In this document: positions 30,244 to 39,501 of the stretch, piece after piece
How positions within the stretch are numbered: the stretch's first letter is position 1
How the letters are laid out: every line of letters starts with the position of its first letter
The notes under the pieces: model-generated
Seen by the model: only the letters and a program-made list of their open reading frames with translations
What the model was told of the DNA's origin: nothing
Databases searched by the model: none
NCBI GenBank assembly: GCA_022781515.1
Contig: JALETI010000022.1
Span: forward strand, 1 to 60,048
Source of the DNA: Lachnospiraceae bacterium
GTDB lineage: Bacteria > Bacillota > Clostridia > Lachnospirales > Lachnospiraceae
DNA: 60,048 nucleotides
Direction of reading: 5' to 3'
Made by a program: the position numbers and the translations under genes

Positions 30244-31656
30244 ATGGCAGAATTAGAAAAAAAGCCCATTAAAATAACAGAAACCATTTTAAGAGATGCA
30301 CACCAGTCTCTGATCGCCACCAGAATGACCACAGAACAGATGCTTCCCATTGTTGAGAAGATGGATCAGGTGGGTTATCATTCTGTGGAATGCTGGGGAG
30401 GCGCGACTTTTGATGCCAGCCTTCGTTTCCTGAAGGAAGATCCCTGGGAAAGACTGAGAAAACTGAGGGACGGATTTAAGAATACAAAGCTGCAGATGCT
30501 GTTCCGTGGTCAGAATATTCTGGGTTATCATCAGTATGCCGACGATGTGGTGGAATACTTTGTACAGAAATCCATCGCCAACGGTATCGATATCATCCGT
30601 ATTTTTGACTGCCTGAATGACCTGAGAAATCTTCAGACTGCAGTTAATGCATCCAGAAAGGAGAACGGCCATTCCCAGGTTGCTCTTTCCTATACACTGG
30701 GTGATGCCTATACACTGGAATACTGGACAGAAATGGCAAAGAGAATTGAAGATATGGGTGCAGATTCCATCTGTATCAAGGATATGGCAGGTCTTCTGGT
30801 TCCTTATAAAGCAACCGAACTGATTACAGCCATGAAAGAAGTAACCACACTTCCCATTCAGCTTCATACCCATTACACCTCCGGTGTGGCATCCATGACC
30901 TATCTGAAAGCAGTGGAAGCCGGTGTGGATGTGATTGATACAGCCATGTCACCTTTCTCCATGGGCACTTCACAGCCGGCAACAGAAGTTATGGTGGAAA
31001 CCTTTAAGGGGACACCCTATGATACCGGTTTTGATCAGAATCTGCTGGCTGAAATTGCGGATTATTTCCGTCCCATGCAGGAAGAAGCTTTAAAGACCGG
31101 TCTTTTGAATCCTAAGGTAATGGGTGTTAATATCAAGACATTATTATATCAGGTACCCGGCGGCATGCTCTCCAATCTGGTTTCTCAGCTGAAAGAACAG
31201 GGGGCAGAAGATAAGTATTATGAAGTACTGAATGAAGTTCCCCGTGTACGAAAAGATCTGGGTGAACCGCCTCTGGTTACCCCTTCTTCACAGATCGTGG
31301 GAACCCAGTCCGTATTCAATGTACTGATGGGTGAACGTTACAAAATGGCAACAGCAGAAACAAAGGCGGTACTTCGCGGTGAATACGGTGCAACGGTTAA
31401 ACCCTTTGATCCGGAAGTGCAGAAGAAGGTTATCGGGGATGTGGAACCCATCACCTGCCGTCCTGCCGATCTGATTCCCCCGGAACTGGAAAAACTGGAG
31501 GCAGAAATGGCACAGTGGAAGGAGCAGGATGAGGATGTCCTTTCCTATGCTCTGTTCCCCCAGGTTGCTGTGGAATTTTTCAAGGATCGTGAAGCAAAAA
31601 AGAGCAAGATTGATCCCAAAGCTGCAGATATGGAAAACAAAGCATATCCCGTATAA
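30244..31656 (+). CDS. oadA: oxaloacetate decarboxylase alpha / pyruvate carboxyltransferase subunit (no biotin domain)
   Basis: LRDAHQSLIATRM, WGGATFD, IKDMAG, HTH, QVPGGMLSNL, VTPSSQIVG. Confidence 0.92.
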   Translation: MAELEKKPIKITETILRDAHQSLIATRMTTEQMLPIVEKMDQVGYHSVECWGGATFDASLRFLKEDPWERLRKLRDGFKNTKLQMLFRGQNILGYHQYADDVVEYFVQKSIANGIDIIRIFDCLNDLRNLQTAVNASRKENGHSQVALSYTLGDAYTLEYWTEMAKRIEDMGADSICIKDMAGLLVPYKATELITAMKEVTTLPIQLHTHYTSGVASMTYLKAVEAGVDVIDTAMSPFSMGTSQPATEVMVETFKGTPYDTGFDQNLLAEIADYFRPMQEEALKTGLLNPKVMGVNIKTLLYQVPGGMLSNLVSQLKEQGAEDKYYEVLNEVPRVRKDLGEPPLVTPSSQIVGTQSVFNVLMGERYKMATAETKAVLRGEYGATVKPFDPEVQKKVIGDVEPITCRPADLIPPELEKLEAEMAQWKEQDEDVLSYALFPQVAVEFFKDREAKKSKIDPKAADMENKAYPV

Positions 31657-31752
31657 TAGTTGGGAAATGTAGATTGAAATGATCAGATACGACTGCCAGA
31701 TCGATACAGGCTTTTGCCTGAATCGAATCTGGCAGATGCTGTTAAAAAAAAT

Positions 31753-32430
31753 ATGAAATACAGATTAGCAATTTTTGATATGGACGGTACCATACTGGAT
31801 ACCCTGCGGGATCTGGCGGATACCATGAATCATGCACTTCAGGTCAATGGATTTCCTGTACGTGCACTGGATGAAATCCGGCAGTTTGTGGGAAATGGAA
31901 TCGGCAAACTGGTGGAACGGGCTGTTCCGGATGGAACATCGGAAGCAGAAATCAAAGCCGTCCGACAGGATTTTGATAAATACTATAAAGAACACTGTGC
32001 GGATACCACCTGTCCATATGACGGGATCCCCCAGCTGCTGTCAGATCTGAAAGCAAATGGATGCAGGGTTGCGGTGGTTTCCAATAAAGCAGACTATGGT
32101 GTTCAGGAATTATGTGAAAGATACTTTGATGGTGTTTTTGATGCGGCTGTGGGTGAACGGCAGGGAATTGCCAGAAAACCTTCACCGGATTCCGTCAACG
32201 AAGTACTGAAACTTCTGAATTGTTCAAAAGAAGAAAGTGTCTATATCGGAGATTCCGATGTGGACATTGATACCGCAAAAAATGCAGGTATGGATTGCAT
32301 TGTTGTGGGCTGGGGATTCCGGGACAGGGAATTTCTGTTCAGCAAAGGTGCAGAAACGTATGTCACAAAACCGGAAGAGATTTTCCGGATCATAGCCGGT
32401 TCCGCAAAGACTGCTTCTGCGAACCAGTGA
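31753..32430 (+). CDS. HAD-family phosphatase (phosphoglycolate phosphatase-like)
   Basis: FDMDGTILDT, VVSNK, RKPSP, YIGDSDVD. Confidence 0.9.
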   Translation: MKYRLAIFDMDGTILDTLRDLADTMNHALQVNGFPVRALDEIRQFVGNGIGKLVERAVPDGTSEAEIKAVRQDFDKYYKEHCADTTCPYDGIPQLLSDLKANGCRVAVVSNKADYGVQELCERYFDGVFDAAVGERQGIARKPSPDSVNEVLKLLNCSKEESVYIGDSDVDIDTAKNAGMDCIVVGWGFRDREFLFSKGAETYVTKPEEIFRIIAGSAKTASANQ

Positions 32431-32464
32431 AACGGGAAGCTGGTAAAAGCGGGAATATCGGTTG

Positions 32465-32514
32465 AAAAACGAAAAGGGAGCATATCATTATTGATATGCT
32501 CCTTTTTCGTTTTT
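32465..32514. terminator. bidirectional intrinsic terminator
   Basis: AAAAACGAAAAGGGAGCATATCA / TGATATGCTCCTTTTTCGTTTTT between convergent genes. Confidence 0.85.
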
Positions 32515-33358
32515 AACAGAACAGAATGCATATGATACAGGTAAAGGATGCCTGAATCAGTTTCAGAAGAAGATAGCGCTTCAAAGAAAGATTCAGGTTT
32601 TTGGTGACCTCCATGGTTTGAAACGCTGTGCAGATTCCACCGGATACACAGAGAAACAGGATCAGCATCTGCTGTATTTTTCCGGTGAAAATAGGTGAAT
32701 TACGGATATATGTAATTCCGGTTGTGATTTCGAGAAATGGAATCAGAAACCGGATTGCAGGAAATCGATTTGATATTTCAGACAGAAAGCTGATCAAAAT
32801 GGAAAAATACATAATATAAATACCGGCTTTGACCATAATTCCGGTACAATCCAATAAGTAATCTCCGGAAAATCCTTCAGAGACAGTCTCAGGACTCTGA
32901 GGAGCTCTGCTGATGTCTGCAGTATTCCCTTTCCGCCATTTTTCAATTCGTCCGGTTAAAAAAAGAAGAAATACGGAAGAAACATAAATCCAGGGCATTT
33001 CTTTTTTCAGTCCGGCAAAGGCGGAGAGAAACATGGGACTGGACTGATTGCAGAATACGGCATAATAAGGAGCCATTTTCTCTGACAGAAGTTTCCGCTC
33101 CGATAAATCGGAAGCAATTTTTGCACCATTCGGGTATCCGTTGAGAAATCCTGCCAGAGCGGCAAAAACAGGTCCTCCTCCATGCAGAAAACCGGTCATG
33201 ATACCGGACAAAATCATGAACGGAAAGACAGCAGGAAGAAAATGCTGATACCAGAGCAGCAGTCCGTGGCGGGTTCCCTGCAGTGTCAGCTCCGGAAACA
33301 GAAGCATGAAAAACAGGGAAGAAGCAGGAAGAACCAGCCACATCCTCTGCTTATTCAT
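32513..33358 (-). CDS. YlbJ-like sporulation integral membrane protein
   Basis: GLLLWYQHFLPAVFPFMILS, GFLNGYPNGAK, FCNQSSPMF, LEITTG, SGGIC. Confidence 0.8.
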   Translation of the reverse strand: MNKQRMWLVLPASSLFFMLLFPELTLQGTRHGLLLWYQHFLPAVFPFMILSGIMTGFLHGGGPVFAALAGFLNGYPNGAKIASDLSERKLLSEKMAPYYAVFCNQSSPMFLSAFAGLKKEMPWIYVSSVFLLFLTGRIEKWRKGNTADISRAPQSPETVSEGFSGDYLLDCTGIMVKAGIYIMYFSILISFLSEISNRFPAIRFLIPFLEITTGITYIRNSPIFTGKIQQMLILFLCVSGGICTAFQTMEVTKNLNLSLKRYLLLKLIQASFTCIICILFC

Positions 33359-33614
33359 TTTCTGATTTGCTTCCTGATCCGGATTTCATGATCTGTCGAA
33401 GCAGTTCCAGTTTCCTGCGTTCTTCCATGGAAAAATTGTTTTTTAGCTGTTCATAGATCATATCCGTTTCTTTTTCAGTAAAAGATATTCCTTTTTCACG
33501 GGCATTTTTCTGCATAGACAGAATAAATGGAAGAAAACTGTTTTTGTCCAGCTGTTTGCTTTGCGCTAAAACAGATTGAATAAACGAGGTTTTAACGGAA
33601 TCCATAAAAATCAC
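33351..33614 (-). CDS. hypothetical protein
   Basis: 87-aa ORF overlapping both neighbours in the same direction, consistent with translational coupling. Confidence 0.7.
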   Translation of the reverse strand: MIFMDSVKTSFIQSVLAQSKQLDKNSFLPFILSMQKNAREKGISFTEKETDMIYEQLKNNFSMEERRKLELLRQIMKSGSGSKSENE

Positions 33615-34051
33615 TCCTGTTTCTGAAATTGTTTGAACAAAGATTGCTGGGAAGGGGTGAGGAAATTCAACAGGAAATTTTCAGAGGACGGCTCCCCGCC
33701 CAGATTCTGGATTGCCTGCAGTGTTTCCAGTATCTGCAGAGTTTGCCGGGTGTTCTGAAGCTGATACAGAAAATTTCGTTCTGCATCATTGCAGGCGGGA
33801 GAAACCGCCTGGATAAAAGTCTGCAGATCACAGGATTGGTGCTGACCGGAAGAGGAAGGAATGCTGCTGATATGAAAAGTTCCGTTAGAGGACGGACTGA
33901 TTTCGGACATCAGCTGTCTGAGCTGCAGAAATTTTACCATTGTCTGCAGAATGCTCCGGTATTCCGGCTTCAGCAATTCATTAACTGCTTCCAGCTGTGT
34001 GCTGAGATGCTGATAGACGGACTGGTTATTTTCATCGGAATTGCCCTGCAT
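33611..34051 (-). CDS. hypothetical Gln-rich protein (probably sporulation-associated)
   Basis: GGAG RBS; CATATAGT sigE/sigK-like -10 upstream; first gene of the ylbJ-like operon. Confidence 0.7.
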   Translation of the reverse strand: MQGNSDENNQSVYQHLSTQLEAVNELLKPEYRSILQTMVKFLQLRQLMSEISPSSNGTFHISSIPSSSGQHQSCDLQTFIQAVSPACNDAERNFLYQLQNTRQTLQILETLQAIQNLGGEPSSENFLLNFLTPSQQSLFKQFQKQE

Positions 34052-34176
34052 GGTTTACTCCGTTTTTCTTTTTATTACTATATGACCGATCAGGATAAAA
34101 ATGAACTGAAAAAGGAAATTTGTACAAAAGACAGGATCGGTCATATTTTATAATAAAGAGACTGCAGGAGTGTCTT

Positions 34177-34284
34177 ATGGATTCCATATTGATCATACAG
34201 GGAAATGACGTATATGAACTGGATGAAGAATGTCTGAAGGAGAAAAACAACGGGACTGCGGTTCCGAAAACAAATGAGAATTAA
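34177..34284 (+). CDS. small protein, 35 aa (MDSILIIQGNDVYELDEECLKEKNNGTAVPKTNEN)
   Basis: AGGAG RBS 6 nt before the ATG, CATATTT upstream, hairpin downstream. Below the ORF-track size cutoff. Confidence 0.6.
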   Translation: MDSILIIQGNDVYELDEECLKEKNNGTAVPKTNEN

Positions 34285-34305
34285 CACACAGTATACCCGA
34301 AAAGG

Positions 34306-34347
34306 AAAAAAGAAAAGAGGGGCAGACATTCCTGCCTGCCCCTCTTT
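34306..34347. terminator. terminator between the micro-ORF and the Cys-rich gene
   Basis: AAAGAGGGGCAG/CTGCCCCTCTTT stem with an A-run on the left. Confidence 0.75.
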
Positions 34348-34422
34348 CTGAGAATATCGGCTTTCTCAGTGAGAGAAAGCCTTTACTTTTTCAAGTGGCG
34401 GAAAATGCCCGATCGTCATCCA

Positions 34423-34650
34423 TCAGCAGCCGCATCCGCCTCCGTCACCGAAACCGCCGCAGCAGAAGAGGAGAAGGATAATCCACAGGCAGCTGTTGTT
34501 GCCGAAATGACCTTCACCGCATCCACATCCGTTTCCGCATAAAGAAAGAAGAATAATGATCCAGATCAGACTGCTGCATCCGCAGTTGTCGTTATGATCC
34601 ATAAAAGTGCTGCATCCGCCTGAGCAGTTTGTTGCAGATAAATCGCTCAT
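34423..34650 (-). CDS. Cys/Gly-rich small hydrophobic protein (spore coat/exosporium-like)
   Basis: MSDLSATNC...WIIILLSLCG...WIILLLFCCGG; GGAGG RBS. Confidence 0.8.
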   Translation of the reverse strand: MSDLSATNCSGGCSTFMDHNDNCGCSSLIWIIILLSLCGNGCGCGEGHFGNNSCLWIILLLFCCGGFGDGGGCGC

Positions 34651-34760
34651 GAGAAAAACCTCCAAGTTCTTTTACAGTATATCTTATGAATATAAGCTTG
34701 ACCTGTTACAGAAAAAATATTAATATATCAGCAGCAGTTCTGAAGAAGGAGAGGATGATT

Positions 34761-35246
34761 ATGATGAAGGTTGAAATATATACAGATGGTGCCGCCAGAG
34801 GAAACCCGGATGGACCGGGTGGATATGGGGCTGTTATTCTGTATACGGCGCCGGATGGCACTTTACACAAAAGAGAGTATTCCCGGGGATATCAGAAAAC
34901 AACAAATAATCGCATGGAACTGATGGCTGCCATAGCAGCTCTGGAAGCACTGATCCGTCCCTGTCAGGTGGATCTGTATTCCGATTCATCCTATCTTGTC
35001 AACGCTTTTAATCAGCACTGGATTGAAAGCTGGGAGAAAAAGGGATGGAAACGCGGGAAAAATGAAGAAGTAAAGAACCAGGACCTCTGGAAACGTCTTC
35101 TGGATGCCGCAGCTCCCCATACCATCCGATGGCATTGGGTAAAAGGACACAACGGGCACCCGCTGAATGAACGCTGTGATGAACTGGCAACTGCTGCTGC
35201 CGATGGCAATCAGCTGATTGCGGATCCCGGGGCATCGGAAAGATAG
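34761..35246 (+). CDS. rnhA: ribonuclease HI
   Basis: IYTDGAARGNP, TTNNRMEL, SDSSY, VKNQDLW, WVKGHNGHPLNERCD. Confidence 0.97.
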   Translation: MMKVEIYTDGAARGNPDGPGGYGAVILYTAPDGTLHKREYSRGYQKTTNNRMELMAAIAALEALIRPCQVDLYSDSSYLVNAFNQHWIESWEKKGWKRGKNEEVKNQDLWKRLLDAAAPHTIRWHWVKGHNGHPLNERCDELATAAADGNQLIADPGASER

Positions 35247-35345
35247 GTTTTGACACTATTTTGCATTTATGTTATACTTTATCCAAAGCTATCTGATCAT
35301 TCAGCGGCTTTCATTATTATTTCCTGTATGAATAACGAGGTACTT

Positions 35346-36044
35346 ATGAAACGCGTATTATTAAAACTGAGCGGTGAGGCTCTCGCCGGCGAGAAAAAAT
35401 TTGGATTTGATGAAGCAGTATGTAAGGAAGTGGCAGCACAGGTGAAGCCGGCAGTGGATGCAGGTCTTCAGCTGGGTGTTGTAATCGGCGGCGGCAATTT
35501 CTGGAGAGGAAGAACCAGCGATGCCATCGAACGTACCAAAGCAGATCAGATTGGTATGCTTGCTACTGTTATGAATGCAATATATGTATCGGAAATTTTC
35601 AGAAATGCAGGTATGAAAACAGAGGTTCTCACACCCTTTGCAGTTGGTACCATGACAAAGATGTTTTCCAAAGATCTTGCAACGGAATGTCTGGAAGCCG
35701 GCAAGGTGGTATTCTTTGCAGGAGGAACCGGTCATCCTTATTTCTCAACGGATACCGGAGTTGCTCTCCGTGCGATCGAGATGGAAGCGGATATGATTCT
35801 GCTTGCAAAAGCGGTTGACGGTGTTTATGACAGTGATCCCAAAAAGAATCCGGCAGCAAAGAAATATGACAGGGTATCCATTCAGGAAGTGATTGACAAA
35901 CAGCTGCAGGTAATTGACCTGACTGCTTCCATTATGTGTATGGAACAGAAGATGCCCATGGCCGTATTCGGACTGAATGAAGAGAATGGAATATACCGGG
36001 CTCTTCAGGGTGATATTACCGGTACTTATGTTACTGTTGAATAA
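35346..36044 (+). CDS. pyrH: UMP kinase
   Basis: RVLLKLSGEAL, GGGNFWRG, GHPYFSTDT, DGVYDSDP. Confidence 0.97.
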   Translation: MKRVLLKLSGEALAGEKKFGFDEAVCKEVAAQVKPAVDAGLQLGVVIGGGNFWRGRTSDAIERTKADQIGMLATVMNAIYVSEIFRNAGMKTEVLTPFAVGTMTKMFSKDLATECLEAGKVVFFAGGTGHPYFSTDTGVALRAIEMEADMILLAKAVDGVYDSDPKKNPAAKKYDRVSIQEVIDKQLQVIDLTASIMCMEQKMPMAVFGLNEENGIYRALQGDITGTYVTVE

Positions 36045-36102
36045 CAGCTGATTCTAAGCTGTTTTATCTGATATAAGATCAAACCCCGAGAGGAGAAGTT
36101 AT

Positions 36103-36669
36103 ATGAACGAAGTAGTAGAAGAAAAATTAATGGTATTTGAGGAAAAGATGGAAAAAAGTCTGGAATCTCTGAAAAAAGAGTACCTGACTGTTCGTGCAGG
36201 ACGTGCCAATCCGCATCTTCTGGACAGAATCACCGTAGAATACTACGGTGCACCCACACCTCTTCAGCAGGTGGCAACCATTTCCACTCCCGAAGCAAGA
36301 ATCATTCAGATTCAGCCCTGGGACAAGAGCCTGATCCGTGCCATTGAGAAGGAAATCAACAAATCCGATATCGGTATCAATCCCAACAACGATGGTTCTG
36401 TCATTCGTCTGATTTTTCCGGAACTGACAGAAGATCGTCGTAAGGAACTGTCAAAAGATGTAAAGAAAAAGGGTGAGGCAGCCAAGGTTGCAGTCAGAAA
36501 CATCAGACGTGATGCCATGGATATGCTGAAAAAGGCGGGAAAAGCAGGGGATGTTTCTGAAGATGAACAGAAGAATGCAGAAATAGACGTTCAGAAGGCA
36601 ACTGATTCCTTTATCGCAAAGATCGATAAGGAAATTGAAGCAAAAACCAAGGAGATCATGACCGTATAA
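36103..36669 (+). CDS. frr: ribosome recycling factor
   Basis: [32 protein letters not shown]. Confidence 0.98.
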   Translation: MNEVVEEKLMVFEEKMEKSLESLKKEYLTVRAGRANPHLLDRITVEYYGAPTPLQQVATISTPEARIIQIQPWDKSLIRAIEKEINKSDIGINPNNDGSVIRLIFPELTEDRRKELSKDVKKKGEAAKVAVRNIRRDAMDMLKKAGKAGDVSEDEQKNAEIDVQKATDSFIAKIDKEIEAKTKEIMTV

Positions 36670-36693
36670 CAGGATTATGTATGGTGGATTATG

Positions 36694-36726
36694 GAGAGGG
36701 ATAATCGATTTGTCCCTCTCATTTTT
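36694..36726 (+). terminator. stem-loop or weak terminator after frr
   Basis: GAGAGGGATAA/TTGTCCCTCTC stem followed by ATTTTT. Confidence 0.6.
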
Positions 36727-36754
36727 CGCTTATCCCCAAAATGGAGGAATGGAT

Positions 36755-37474
36755 ATGGATAGTTCAATGAAAATACCGAAACATGTTGCAATTATTATGG
36801 ATGGCAATGGAAGATGGGCAAAAGCCCATAAAGTACCCCGGCAGATGGGACATAAAGCGGGCTGCGAAACACTGGAACAGACGGTTGAGGATGCAGCAAG
36901 ACTTGGAATTGAATATCTGACTGTTTATGCATTTTCCACTGAAAACTGGAAACGTTCAGAAGAAGAAGTCGGCGCGTTGATGCAGCTGTTCCGCTTTTAT
37001 GCAAAACGTCTGCTGAAAATAGCGACGGAAAACAACATTCGGGTGAAAATGATCGGTGAAAAAAGCCGGTTTGCTCCGGATCTGAAAGAAGCCATTGAAA
37101 AATTGGAAACATTAACTGAAGAAAATACCGGACTGACCTTTGTGATTGCAGTAAACTACGGAAGCAGAGATGAAATGATTCGCGGCGTGAGAAAGATAAT
37201 TACAGATGTTTCCGAAGGCAAACTGAATGCAGCAGATGTAACGGAGAGTACTTTCTCTTCTTATCTGGATACAGCCGGTATGCCGGATCCGGATCTGATG
37301 ATCCGCACCAGCGGTGAAGAAAGACTGTCCAACTTCCTGTTGTGGCAGCTGGCTTATACCGAGTTTTACTTCACTGATATTTTCTGGCCGGATTTTAACC
37401 GTGCTGAACTGGAAAAGGCAATTGCGTATTATAATGGAAGAGACCGTCGTTTTGGCGGAAGAAATGAGGAATAG
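36755..37474 (+). CDS. uppS: undecaprenyl diphosphate synthase
   Basis: HVAIIMDGNGRWA, YAFSTENWKR, NYGSR, IRTSGEERLSNFLLWQ. Confidence 0.97.
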   Translation: MDSSMKIPKHVAIIMDGNGRWAKAHKVPRQMGHKAGCETLEQTVEDAARLGIEYLTVYAFSTENWKRSEEEVGALMQLFRFYAKRLLKIATENNIRVKMIGEKSRFAPDLKEAIEKLETLTEENTGLTFVIAVNYGSRDEMIRGVRKIITDVSEGKLNAADVTESTFSSYLDTAGMPDPDLMIRTSGEERLSNFLLWQLAYTEFYFTDIFWPDFNRAELEKAIAYYNGRDRRFGGRNEE

Positions 37475-37476
37475 TT

Positions 37477-38316
37477 ATGGAAAAAGAAAAAACTTCTTTC
37501 TTTCAATCGACTTTTTTTATCCGGACCTGCAGCGGCATTGTACTGGTTCTTCTGGCACTGTTTTTTATCATAAGCGGAGGCAGTATCCTTCTGGGCGGGC
37601 TGAGCATTATTTCTCTGATTGGTATGTCCGAATTATATAAAGTGATGAAAATTGACAGAAAACTTCTGGGCTTCACGGGATATCTCTTATGTGTGCTGTA
37701 TTATGCACATCTGTATTTCGCCATGGATGACAACAGTCAGGTTGTTTTTCTGGTCATCCTGTCACTGATTCTGCTTCTTGCGGTTTATGTGTTCTGTTTT
37801 CCGGCATACCGGTCTGAACAGGTGATGACAGCTTTTTTTGGTATTTTTTATGTGGCTGTAATGCTTTCCTATATCTATCTCTGCAGAATGATGGATGGAG
37901 GAGCCTATCTGGTATGGCTGGTATTCCTGTGCTCCTGGGGTTGTGATACCTGTGCCTATCTGACCGGTATCTGTATCGGAAAGCATAAGATGGCTCCTGT
38001 TCTCAGTCCGAAGAAATCCATTGAAGGAGCAGTGGGCGGTGTGATCGGAGCGGTTCTTCTGGGGATTCTGTATGGATATGTTTTCCAAAACCAGATTCCG
38101 GCAGAGAATGCAAGCTTCCTTTGTGCGGTTGTCTGCGGCATCGGATCCCTGATTTCCATGATCGGAGATCTTGCGGCATCAGCAATCAAAAGAAATCATG
38201 AGGTAAAGGATTATGGAACACTGATTCCGGGCCATGGCGGTATTCTGGACCGCTTTGACAGTGTTATTTTTACAGCTCCTGTGATATATTATACTATACT
38301 GTTTCTGATGAAGTAG
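37477..38316 (+). CDS. cdsA: phosphatidate cytidylyltransferase
   Basis: DTCAY, SPKKSIEG, GDLAASAIKR, KDYGTLIPGHGGILDRFDS. Confidence 0.96.
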   Translation: MEKEKTSFFQSTFFIRTCSGIVLVLLALFFIISGGSILLGGLSIISLIGMSELYKVMKIDRKLLGFTGYLLCVLYYAHLYFAMDDNSQVVFLVILSLILLLAVYVFCFPAYRSEQVMTAFFGIFYVAVMLSYIYLCRMMDGGAYLVWLVFLCSWGCDTCAYLTGICIGKHKMAPVLSPKKSIEGAVGGVIGAVLLGILYGYVFQNQIPAENASFLCAVVCGIGSLISMIGDLAASAIKRNHEVKDYGTLIPGHGGILDRFDSVIFTAPVIYYTILFLMK

Positions 38317-38352
38317 TTATCCGATATTCTTTTTTGCAAACGTGGAGGTTAT

Positions 38353-39501
38353 ATGAAAACAATTTCTATTCTTGGATCTACTGGTTCCATCGGAACACAG
38401 ACCCTGGAAGTTGTCCGGCATACCGGGGATTTCCGTGTCAGTGCTCTGACTGCAGGATCCAATATTGATCTGCTTGAGAAACAGATGAGGGAATTTCAGC
38501 CCGCGCTGGTCGGGGTCATGGATCCGGATAAGGCTGAACAGCTGAGACAGCGTACATCTGATCTGAATATTACGGTCCTTTCCGGTATGGAAGGACTTCT
38601 TGCAGCGGCAGCTGAACCTTCTGCAGATATGGTTGTGACTGCAGTTGTGGGAATGATTGGTATCCGTCCTACGCTTACAGCCATTGAGTCCGGCAAGGAT
38701 ATTGCCCTTGCCAATAAGGAAACACTGGTAACAGCAGGCCATCTGGTGATGCAGGCTGCCAGAGAAAAAGGCGTGCGTATTTTCCCTGTGGACAGTGAAC
38801 ACAGTGCCATTTTTCAGTCTCTGAAACGGGAAGATCATTCGAAAATCAGCCGGATTCTGCTGACTGCATCCGGTGGTCCCTTCCGCGGAAGAACACTGGA
38901 GGAACTGGCTGATGTAAAGGTGGAGGATGCCTTGAAGCATCCCAACTGGAGTATGGGAGCCAAGATAACCATTGATTCTTCTACGATGGTAAATAAGGCT
39001 CTGGAAGTAATCGAAGCAAAGTGGCTGTTTGATGTGACCTTTGATGAAATAGAAGTAGTCGTGCAGCCCCAGAGTATTATTCATTCCATGGTTGAATTTG
39101 TGGATGGCGGTATTATTGCACAGCTGGGTACACCGGATATGAAGCTTCCGATTCAATATGCCTTATATGAGGCAGAACGAAATGTGATGCCCGGTGACCG
39201 TCTGAATTTTGCTGCCTTAAAACAGATCACCTTCGAAGCACCGGATATGGATACGTTCCGTGGTCTTGCTCTTGGTTATGAGGCAGGCAGAAAGGGAGGC
39301 AGTGTCCCCACGGTTTTCAATGCTGCCAATGAATGGGCTGTTGCACGTTTTCTTGACAGAAAGATTGGATATCTGGATATTATCCGTATTATTGAGGATG
39401 CGCTTTCCCACCATGACAGAATGGATCATCCGGATCTGGATACCATTCTGGCTGCAGAGGCAGAAACTTATTCTTATCTGGAAAGCAGGTGGAATCATTG
39501 A
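38353..39501 (+). CDS. dxr: 1-deoxy-D-xylulose 5-phosphate reductoisomerase
   Basis: LGSTGSIG, LANKE, PVDSEH, HPNWSMG, NAANE. Confidence 0.97.
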   Translation: MKTISILGSTGSIGTQTLEVVRHTGDFRVSALTAGSNIDLLEKQMREFQPALVGVMDPDKAEQLRQRTSDLNITVLSGMEGLLAAAAEPSADMVVTAVVGMIGIRPTLTAIESGKDIALANKETLVTAGHLVMQAAREKGVRIFPVDSEHSAIFQSLKREDHSKISRILLTASGGPFRGRTLEELADVKVEDALKHPNWSMGAKITIDSSTMVNKALEVIEAKWLFDVTFDEIEVVVQPQSIIHSMVEFVDGGIIAQLGTPDMKLPIQYALYEAERNVMPGDRLNFAALKQITFEAPDMDTFRGLALGYEAGRKGGSVPTVFNAANEWAVARFLDRKIGYLDIIRIIEDALSHHDRMDHPDLDTILAAEAETYSYLESRWNH

